Shown: positions 12,601 to 24,600 of the stretch, piece by piece
How the letters are laid out: every line of letters starts with the position of its first letter
How positions within the stretch are numbered: the stretch's first letter is position 1
Source of the DNA: Chrysomallon squamiferum
Lineage: Eukaryota > Animalia > Mollusca
Assembly: GCA_012295275.1 (NCBI GenBank)
Contig: CM022665.1
Location: 34,286,001 to 34,350,000 of the forward strand
Direction of reading: 5' to 3'
Length of the DNA stretch: 64,000 nt
The notes under the pieces: generated by a model
What the model was told of the DNA's origin: nothing
Seen by the model: the letters and a program-made list of their open reading frames with translations, nothing else
Databases searched by the model: none
Program-made: the position numbers and the translations under genes

Positions 12601-15600
12601 GATAAAATAAACAGCAGCAGTTACGGATGACAAATTTTTTAATTTGAATCTAAATCCAAATACCTCCAGAATCTTTCTGGCTTTCTTAAGGTCTCCACAG
12701 TCAACAAAAGCAGCCATCAAATCATGAAGAATATTCATTTCTCCATGCAGTTCTGTTACCATGTCAACCACTGGAATAACCAATTATTTTGACAAAATAA
12801 TTTTTTTCTAATAGGGTCATTCCGTGTCAAATCACCCAAAAAAAAAAGAAATTTAAACACGACCGTCTCAGATTTTTATAAAACTTGGTATACTTGTTGA
12901 CTGGTATCCCACAGCACCAAATCTGAAATTTTAGGCCAATCAGACCAGTGGTGACCACAAGGTCGTAACAAAGGTCAAAAGGTCAGTGACCCCCAAATTT
13001 TCCAAACTGATCAATAATGGCAGATTTGGAATATTACACCCAGGAAACTTTTATGTGAACTTTATGCATACATGTAGGCCTACAATGTCTTACTCGATGA
13101 TCAAGAAAGATGGTGATTCCTAGCATCCAGTATTGATCATTCACGTTTTAGTTAATCAGAGGTTAATGGCTGAAAAGGTGTTATTTTCATGTATGTGCAT
13201 TTTTTAAATCTATATTGTGGCTAAACAAAAAATATTACACCCAGGAAACTTTTATATGCTTTAGTTAACATCTGGGAGATTAAATTTCAATAAAGGTCAT
13301 CTCAAGGTTACGTGATCCACACGTTCAATTTCAAGGTCATAGCAAAGGTCAATAGGTCAATGTACTCCATATCTCCCACACCACTGATCCAATTGGGCTA
13401 ATATTTCAGATTTGGTGCTGTGGGATCCCAGTCAACAAGTATACCAAGTTTTATAAAAATCTGAGACAGTCGGGTTTAACCCATTGGGTGATTTGACACG
13501 GAATGACCCAATATGAAGTTAATAGAAATCTATATAATTATAAAATAATTAATAAAAAAATGTATTTCATTTAAATAAATCATCATTAATTTTAATTAAT
13601 AACAAAAGATGAGTTCCTTTTGTTAAACTGTAATCATATATACCTTTTTGAAGTTTTTCAGGATCTTCTTTTTGAATCAGCATACAAAAGACAGAATGAA
13701 CATTTGGCAGTTTTCGATCCTTCACAAATAACTTTGTGAGATTAGCAAGAACAGCATCTGGATCACCACTGTCAAATAAAAATAACTTTTCTTAATATTT
13801 CAAGTATTTCAATATTTCTAACAGTAAAATGTAACCTTTTGAAAAACGAAAACAAAAAATAACCTATACACCATATATTATTTGAAATTCTAATTCCTTT
13901 AATTCTATTTTATCAGATATAATAGGACATTTTTTTTTTTTTAATCTATAGTTTCAAAGAAACAATTGCTAAAATAATCACTCTAATTAGCAACTGATTT
14001 AATGTTAACCATCACTACTTTTAATATACCTAATGTACCTAATTTGTGAAAAGTAAAATAAAATAAAATAAAACATGTAAAAAGAAATAAAAACCATTAC
14101 AAAATACTAACAGTTCAACCAGTCCTTGAATAAATGCATCGTTCAACATCCATGATCCTCTCTGTATGTAACCACAGTCATATAGGATGTCCATTATTTC
14201 ACAGGCTGAGTCGACATCATGCTTTACAGCTATTTTAACCACATCTGCACAGTGCTGCTTGAAGATGAAGTTTTCCAAGACCTCTTTGTTACTTTCTAAT
14301 GAAAGATATTTTTCACCATGTTCTTTTAACATAGCAACAGCCTCTGTAAAACAGAACAATAAATTTCTTGTCTTTATTTCAACAATTAGATAGAGTTTAG
14401 TAACTGCTGTGAAGTAATCCATAAAATATAAATAAAATAACTAATTTTTAATGGAAATACTTCAGTAGTAAAATGAAAACTACAGTAATTTGTTCTTCCA
14501 TATGTATTGCAAACTACAGTTAATTAATAAAGATTATTGTTTAAGATTAGATTATTACCAGGTAATAAGTTAAATAACTGATTCTGTAGAAACAGATGAT
14601 TGTTATGTGGCCTAGATAAACCAAGTGAAGGTAAATTTAATCAAGATATTTTCAAGAGTGACATACCTGAAGTTTTGCCTTGTTCAATAAGAAGACTGGC
14701 AATGCTTAAAACAACTCTAGCGTAATTGGTAAAAGCTGAATGCTCAGCTTCTCTGGAAAATTTAGATTTAAAAAATAATAATATAAAAATCAGTATATTG
14801 AAAAACTACATTTTTATGTCAAACCTTACAGAAAGACCCTTAAAAAGTTTATTGTATATTATTTACCTAGAATTAGATGAGATCTATATCTCTGTTCACA
14901 AGTGCATGCTGTAAAGTAATGAACAGTTCTGAATACTATCTGTTACTGTAATTACTAATAAATACAGAATGAAATGCATTTTACTAAGTTAACAGAAATA
15001 AATTTCTAATGCCTGATATTATTTATAATGTCTATATGAATAAACATCTGTTTTATAAAAAGTGTGACAAAAGGTTTGTATAATTATGTAACTTTGTTTT
15101 ACTTACAGCTGATTCAAGTACTGTATTGCTTTATCCAGGTCCTTGCTATGTGTAGCATACAAAAATGCCAGCTGTCTAACTACAAGTGCTGGGTAGACAA
15201 AACCTTGCTGATCAAGTTCAGCTTTAAGTTTTTCAGCCTCTTCTATATTCTGCAAATAATATATGTCGATGTAATTTTATAGTTCAACAAGGAACTTTTT
15301 TTAATTTATGTTAAAAAAGAAAGAAAAATAGTTGCTTACGATTTAAAAAAAATTAAAGAGAAACTAACATCTAACACTTTTTAAAGAGAAACAAAAATAA
15401 GTAATAAAAAAAATTTAACAAGTCTGTTTTAATTATATAAAAACAAAATTCAAAGTCATTAAACAAAAAACAGTGAAATAATCTTTAAAGTCTTACCCCA
15501 ACTGAACAAGCTTTTATCAGCAGCCATTTTTTGGCAGCAATATTTTCTGAATCAGCATCCAGTACTGTGCGTAGTTCATCAATAGATTTATCTGACAGAG

Positions 15601-18600
15601 TTTGTGTTCTTGTTCCTTTGAACTCTCGAGTTACCGATTCAAATTTCTTAAAACATTTCAAGATATCATCATAATTTAAACAATGGTAGTGAAAATATTA
15701 AATATTTACTTACTCTTAACTTTAACATGTTTAAAGAAAGCATAGTTGAAATAATGGAGTCTGGAATTTTATGATTACATTAGATGTTATTTCTCTAGCA
15801 TTTCTGAAAACACATTTGTAATAGAAATTCTTAAGTTAAAAAAAATACAAAACATAAGGATAAAAACATTTATTCTGATGTACAATGCAGGATAATCAGA
15901 GTGTTTTTTCTTTTCTTGAATTTAATACAAGTTATTTAATCTGTGAGATTTCTGTCAATAAGTTACATTCTGTAAGGAATTTCACTTCTGTTCTATTATT
16001 TTGTTTCATAATATGTTAGTTATTAATTGGCATTAATTATCAGAATACCTCAATGATGTGGCTGGGAGCATTTTTCAGAAACCTCTGTAGAATGGCATTG
16101 CGTTGAATGAAAAGACCCTGTAAATAAAAGAAATAATAACTATCAAATTATCTAATTTAAACAGTCACTGGTTAGTTTCTTTCCCATGATTTCACAATTC
16201 CTGTGTTATTTTTCTACGTTTAAAAAAAAAACACAAAAAAAAACCCATAAACAAAATCCATGTTCTAGTACTAAATATTAGCAGCAGCTGTATCGTTAAT
16301 ACTCACTTCTTTCTGTATTATTAATAATTACTTACATCTTCTAACATTACAAAAATAATTCCTTACATTTTCTAGTATTTCTTAAGTACTACTATAAGGA
16401 TTATTCTTTACTAACATCTTCTAACATGACATTCAGTATCTCCTGTACTTCTTCCCAGTTGTGTTTCGATTCATTCTGAATGAAGAACTGCCAGAGTACA
16501 TCAGCAGTTACTTCAGACAATCCATCTGGGTTGTCAGTTTTGGTTTCACACAGTTTTATAAGCTGTACAATAAAAAGAAAATTAATGATACATTTAAAAA
16601 GACTGTAAAATGACTGGTTATTAAATTGAATGCTTTTACATTTTTACATTTTAAAACTGAGAACTAGATCACTATTGCAAACTAGTTTTGACCAGTTTTA
16701 AATATTATGGTACCTCTATTCATGTGACATTTTTTCTCTTCATTCTTTTTAAATTAAAAAACAAATACAAAATAATGTAATTTATTCCATCATAAAAGTT
16801 TTATCCATTCCATTTATGGCGTACAACTCCTTTTCCAAAATTACAGAAGATATCTGTACCTTCAAAGCTAGCCGCCAGTCCAGCTTTCCACTTCTCATTA
16901 ACTTTGAAATCTCAGATTTCAAAGCAGTAAAAACAACCCACATGGGTTTTTCTTCACCTGAAATTAAAAGACTATTCTTACCAATACTACAGTATTATTT
17001 ATCAACATCAAACACTGTGTTCTTTAGAAAAATACGAAACTGAAGCATTAGTTTCTTTCCACTAACATCAAAATTACTTTCTATCTCTCTCTCTCTCTAT
17101 AAATATCAAAGTCAAATGCTTTGTTCTTTGCATAAATATAAAAATCTGTTATTGTTGCTGACAGACAAAAATAATAAATTTCATATTGTATGGCCATAAT
17201 TGGTACAACTTTTTATTTTCAATAAACAATTTTAAATTAGTTAATAAATTATTCATTTATGACAGAAATATATTTAAAATAAATTTTCTGTCTGCTGATA
17301 TACAGAATAATTACATCCAAATAAAAAAAAAGCTGCAGTTTTTTTATATCAGTAAAGACTTCTTTTCATGATTTCTGTCATTAATGATTTGAGTGATGTT
17401 AAAAGTATAAATAAATTATGCATTACATTCAAATGGTTAAATTAGTTAAAAATCATAAAACATAAAAACAAACCATATTTCAGTGCCTCTTCAGGTTTGT
17501 TCTTTGAAAGAAGAGTAACAAAGTATGAAAAGTTTACCTCAGACTCGCTGAAACCTGCAAACTAAAACCCAAAAATATTTTTAAGCAGATCGTGCAATCT
17601 CATTCACGACTGTATATTAAAGGCTATCTATTTTGAAAGCTTTGTACTAATTTGAAAGCACAAATATTAGAGAGGGTGCAGATCTACTTTTTAAACCACC
17701 ATGGTTTTGCTCATTATGAAGTATTATACAAACACTGAAATGTTTTTAAAATCCCCCAAAACAAAAATGACTGCAGATCTATTTCTGATGAAACAGACAT
17801 TTGATAAGGAGCAAAATAAATGTGTTTTAATCACTAGTTAAATACAAAAAATAAATTTCTGTTCTTCTTTTTCGGCTATTTCAAACAACACAAAAAACAA
17901 GTCACAATAATGTTTTAAAAATTTTCTTTGGCGGTATTGCTAATATGGCCATACTAAATTTGTTAAAATGCATTTCAATTTTAATACTTACAATTTTTTT
18001 TCTAAAAATACAGAAATATATAATCAATGGATTAATGACTTACCTGTAACTTTGGTAAGAAACTGTCTGGCTGTTCTTTGAGCTGAAGTAGTGCTGGTAT
18101 TACGAACTGATACAGTGTGAACACCATGTCTTCTTGTACATCACACCACTGTTTCATTTTTGTAACTGTTTCTATTATCTCTGTAAGACAAATAAAACAG
18201 ATAAATACACTGAAATTCAGATTTTAATTATTATTGATACACCCAACAAAGATATAAATTTACAACAGCCATTACATTATTTTTTATTATTATAATTTTT
18301 AAACCATACAGCTGGATTTAATTTATTTATTATGTACCTGTTGTATCATTTCATTGAATATCGTGTTTTTTAGAATCAGGCTATTATGTCTGCAATTTCA
18401 TGTTACATAAATTACATGCATTTAATAGTTATGTATTTAAAGACATATCTTACTATCAGCATTGTTCTGATCTCGATATTGACAAATTGCAGGCCAGAAA
18501 TAGTGAGTTTTAACTGGAACACCCTACAAATATTATTTATAGAAATATTAGACCATAAAATATTCACACAGATCATTAACTTCATTTGTACTATTTTTAT

Positions 18601-21600
18601 AGTTAATGATCTAATTTTGTAACAAATATATTTCCGTTCATTAGAACATTTCTGATATTACAGATTTTAAAAGCTGGAAAAAAACCCCAAAACCAAACAT
18701 GCTTAATCTTTACATAAGCAGTACAAAACTTAAACCAGCTACAATATTCTAATACATAAAAATAAATTCCTGAAAACAAAATAGTTATAATCAAAAAACA
18801 TTTTACTTCAAACATTTATTCAATGAAGTTTAAATTCTATTTAAAATAAATTAGACTTTTGGTGATTTAACATTCAAATAACATTATTTTAGATGTGTCC
18901 TCACCTCCAATTTCATCTTGCTGATGACCTCTAAGGCATAATCTAATATGAAAAATTAAAATAAACACTTAATTTCCTTCTTTCAAAACATTAAACAAAT
19001 TTTTATTAAGTTTATCAATATCATTTCATAAGAAATTTGTATAAATCACATATCTAAGCAAGCACACAAAGTAAACTAAACAATTTTTTTTTTTTTTTTA
19101 AACTGTATAAATTTACTTTGACACCTTTTTTCAGTCCATATAAATTTGTGCATTCCAAAACAAGATCATTGAGTAAACATTTACCTGTATGTTTCATTGT
19201 TAGAGCTAAATGAGCTACTCCTGTGAGATCATCAGTGTTAAGCTGCATTTCTTTCATATCCTTCACAATCTCTGCCACTTTGTCTACAGGCTAAAACATT
19301 AAAATATTCATTAACTTGTGAAACACAAGAACAACTAAAATTATGTTATAAACTATGATACATCCATTTTCCATGTCAGGACATGTTTACATTAATTACC
19401 GTACTTCAAAAATGTGTCACTAAAATTAAATGGTCCACGTCTATTGAAGATTTGGCGTGCATCCCATCTTGTCTTCAAAATAAGTAGATACAAATAGACA
19501 ATGAGACAGGATTAATTTTTACTATATAAATGCAATTCTCTGTTATTCTTTTTGTATGTCTGTAGAGAAAGAAACAACAAGTAGATAATTAAAATAAATA
19601 ATTTAAGCAATCTCAGTAATCAGCTGAAGAAATCATTTAGAGCAAAATACATTCTGAATTTTTTTCTAACATACTCTTTCATGTTTTGCAAAAGCTCGAA
19701 GAAGGAATCGACCAGCATTAAATTCCTGTGCACTCAGCTGTAGAGGTTTTGGCATAGTGAGAAACAGTTTGTATGCAATGTCATCATATCCCTTGGCTAG
19801 AAGCTGATTTATGTAGACAATAGCATCTTGGTTGAATCCCAGTTTCTTGCTCAGAATCATCAGGATCTATAAATTAATAAATAAAAAATACAAATTGTAA
19901 GTATTAAAAAAATTTAAAAAATGAAAAAAATATATATATTATTTTTAATTTACAGGTCAAATGTATTATGACAAGATAATCTAATGTAAAACTTAAGTTC
20001 ACAAATGACAGTAAATTATGAACTGAGCAAAGAATGTGATAAATTATAAACATTGCATATTCCTCAGTAACTTTATATAAAGTAGAAATCAACAACAAGA
20101 GGAACACAAACAGAAATCTTATTCTTACTATATCAGCATCTTTTTCATGTCCTGATTCAACCAGAGCAACAAGTGCATCCAGGAAATGACTGGGTCGTAA
20201 CTGGACACTCTCTGTTTCTGCCTGCACTGACACCTAAGATAAGATGAAAAAAAAAATATATTAAAAAAAGAGATAAAATAAATGACATTAAAATATAAAA
20301 ATGCTTTCTTTGTATTAAAATGTTACATGTCAATTACTTATAAAAGAAAAAAAATATTTAAAATATTTAAATATTATTATACAAAAATACAGTATCATAA
20401 AATCAATTATTTAATCAGCTCACTGCTTTGGGAGCCCATAGGTTAATTGTACAATTTCTTACCCTTTGAATACCTTCAACATCTCCCATCTCAGCATATC
20501 CACGCATCAGAGCCCCATAAGTATCAGCAGTGGGCTCAAGTCCTGATTGTCTGTTTTTTAAACAACAAACACATTCATACATTTAATTATTATCTGATAA
20601 TATGGTCTAATCTCTATTGATTAATAACAAAATATATTTTATATGCACCATCTCATATACAGAAATATGTGTATCATGATCTCTGATTAACCTGCCATAG
20701 ATCTTGAAAAAGCAGCTATTTATAAAGGATTTTGTGCCAAAATATTTAGATCCCACTTTTCAAGGATGTATACTCACTTCTCAATACTAATAAAAAGAAG
20801 GGCAGTTAGTTTCAAAATAAAAATGTATAAGGTAGCTACCAAAGTACAACAGAATTGTTATCTTATTTCTAACATTTGATAACCTTTAATACTCACTTCA
20901 TTATGTTCAAAATGTTATTTGCACTTTCAGGATCCCTAAAAATATAAATTTTCCATTGATTAAAAAATAAATGTTGAACTTCACTCAAGAATGAACCAAC
21001 TACAGGCATATTTACTTGAAAATTCGGTATATCATAAAAGACAAACAACAGATTTTTCTTGGGGTGGGGGGTAAATCATTAATTAAAGCATTACAACAAA
21101 GAGACAAAGCATTTTTATTATATTTGGCCCAGCACATCAAAATCAGCAATAAATAGAACAATTATTTTCTGAGTTAAAGACACCTTGAGAAAGGTTATTT
21201 TATTGGCAGAAATATTTCGCTATGTTGTTTGCCAAGTTATTTTCCAAAAAAACAGTTCCATGAAAAAGAGTTTGAAGTAGACAATTTGAATTGTCACTAG
21301 TCTTCATCACTACGTTGGCACACTCACAAATGACACTCCCTGCTTAACTATTGGTGTCTCAATTCAGTAAATTCTCCATCATATACATATCCACTAGTTG
21401 TTTTATACATTCACTGTCAAACACTCCAATGGTGACAACAATTCTGAGCTCTAGGTCAATGTCAATATTGTGCTACTGTGCATCATCTATGGTGTATTTT
21501 AATCTGCCATTAAAGAGGCTGAAATTTATGTTACCAAGAATTTATACTATGGTACTGACAACTTAGTAACTAGAATTTGCAGATATTAAAATAGCAATGT

Positions 21601-24600
21601 TTGGTGTAATCTAAAGAATACTGACATAGCATGTGTTCAAAGGCCATCCACTACGTAAGACAATCAGCTGATGTGATTACTGGTAGCAGAAATAATGTGC
21701 TATTGTTTACATTTTCGCCTCATTTTACAGCCTTAGTATTGGTTTTATATTGACATGTAACATATTGGATTGATGGGAATACATTGCATAATGTTTCAGA
21801 ATCAAAACCATTCAGATATGGTGAGAGTAGGCAGGATATGGTGCTAACATGACACCTGAATCAAGCACATTTTTCACCGTTTGTAGTCACTGTGTTTGAA
21901 AGGGTTCATCCAAATCACAGTTTAGCAATGTTTTAACTTGTTTTAAGTTGCAATAGCATAATAATAATCTTTGATAACCTGACTGACTAAATATCCTTCT
22001 TTTCAGCCAAAGACAACCATTCAAATCTGAAATGCACTTTACAAATCATGATACATTTTGATGTCTGATCACATAAAATCTCAATGTTCCAAAAAAGAAA
22101 ACTTTATAATCACAACTAACAAATAATTATGCAGTTGTGAGGTCTACTTCAACCAACAATAAACCTTCTGATTAGTGTTTATACAAAAAGTTTTACTTCC
22201 TACCAATGTAGTGGAAACTAAAAATGAAAATTTGTGCATTGTGCAAGTACAAACAGTACTAACCCAGCTTTGAAGTGACCAGTAATGAACGAATTGAAGA
22301 TCAGGTCACTGACAGGCAGATCCAATGACTTCATATGGTTTAGCACCTTACTAAAATCAAAAGACAAAAATGCATTTCTTAACACAAAGAATATTACTAT
22401 AAATAAATGATGATAATGGTAACAAAAATGTTAAGTAAGATCAAAAGTAGTTTTATTACCATCTCGCTTTGATTAAATAATATAAGCAGTCTTAACTGAC
22501 ACCTCTGTTAACTACTAAGAAACATTTGCTTTGTTGAAACAGTTTACAGCCAGACAAAAATTAGCACCAGAATCAGAATAAACGTTTATGAGTTATTCAT
22601 TTTACCACATATAAACATACTGGATTATGAATAGATATACATTTAAGGAAACTCACTTTGCGCCGTCAATGTCACCTTGTTCGCAGTATCTGGCTATGAG
22701 TCTTTGAAAGGTTACCTTTAATAAAAAATATTTTTATAAAGACAGGATATGACTTAAAAATTAACAATATTATGAATAAATTAGATAACTGTGATTCTTA
22801 AGATATATTTATAGATATATTTATCAAAGTATTTAATAAACAATATTATTTGAATTTAAAATTTGCTATTGTATAAAACTATAATAAAAAAATAAAAATT
22901 TAAAAAAATTAATTTTAAAAATAAAATAAAATAGAAGATATATATAATTTGTTTTTAAATCTACTGTGTACATTAAATTTTAATGTTTTTATTAAACTTT
23001 ATTTTTCAGAATTATTTACCCTATTAGGCTTAACACCTTTCTCCTCCATTTTTGACAGAAACTCTTCTGGTGAAAATTCATGACCATTTTGTAAATATAT
23101 TGCCAACAAAGCATTATAGTCTTGTGTACTGAATGCAACTGTAAAGATAAAGAGCCAAAAACAATATTTCATTGTTTCAGAATCATGGAGACTAAACATG
23201 GAGTCTACAAAATCTGAATGTAGAGTTGTTTCTTAAGGTAATACCATTAATCAAAAGAAAGTTTCTTTATTCTATCCTGATCCAACTGAATTAATTATTA
23301 CTTGTTCTGTTCATTTTAACATAATCTGTTTCAAGACTTCCAAAATTATTTTGCTATTCATTTTACATTCAAGGATTAAATTAAGCTATTACTCTTAAGC
23401 ATCCTGAAAATTAGTAACATTTTAATGATTAGTAAATAAAGGACCAAATATTATTAACATTAACAACATACCACGATCCTGCAGTTTGTTCCAGAATTCC
23501 TCTGCAAGCTGTACTCTTGTCTTAGGGTGCTCATCATACAAATAATCTCCAAAACATCGGAGAATTAAAAGTATGTTTTGTTCTGATGGTACCACTGTAA
23601 AATATTTTATGTCATAAACCACTGTAATAATTATCATTATGTACATGTTTTTACTTTTTGTTCCACAAGATATTTTAAGAGGACAATGTAGTTTTATTAT
23701 GTACACTATTTAAATGGAAACAGCTATATTAACATATACAAAAAAAACAAAACAAAAATATACATTTTTTTCATAATGTTATACACCTTGTTTGCTGATC
23801 TCATCCAAGACATTTATGAGCTGATTTCTTGACACCCGTCCAAATCTTCTTAAATTGGATTCCAGTGTAAAAGCCAACTGATCTGCTTTGGATGTCTGTG
23901 GAACAGGTTTAGTGGAGCTACTTGTGACATATCTGTAATAAGAAAAGTTAACACTATGACTAAATCTCTTACAATCTATTATGGATACAGAGAGCCCACA
24001 ATTACATCTCAAATCACGAGATGACGTATCACCTTTTTCTCAAGATTAACAGAACATCAGAAACAAGAATAACTAAACCATTACTGGTTTATGTAATTCA
24101 TCACTTACATGTCTGCTGGCATAAGTTAGCATCAAGATGCAATAACAGATCAACAAAAAGAGTTTGATTTGTTCCAACACTATTCAGTGAATTAGCACCA
24201 ATGATTCAGTAATTAATTCAAAATGTGGAGAACAAACTTACTAGAAGTAGTAGTTTGTTCATACATCCCACAGGTCATAACAACTGTGGACCAGTGTATA
24301 TATACCTTTTTAGTTTTAAAACAATAACTTTAAAATAACAACCTATTATTTTTTTCTAAGTTTAAAATAAATAAATTTGAAAATAACATTTAATTATAAA
24401 AATGGAAATGACTAATTTACAACAGGTTACTGTTTAGTACAGCAGTGTGAAAGTTTAGTTTCAAGCACATACACACTAATTAAAACAATTTAAGGGTCAA
24501 AAAGGAGAGGTTCCATCAAGGTAAGCAGACATTTTCCCCATGTCTAGATACTAAGTAATGGGAATGCATGCAACCATGTTCTGCAAATAATAAAAAGGAA

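Noticed and set aside
21180-22130. Less AT-rich, coding-looking stretch in LRPPRC intron 6
   Set aside because: Many stops in the frames I translated and no motif I can identify. Probably TE debris, but I cannot support that.
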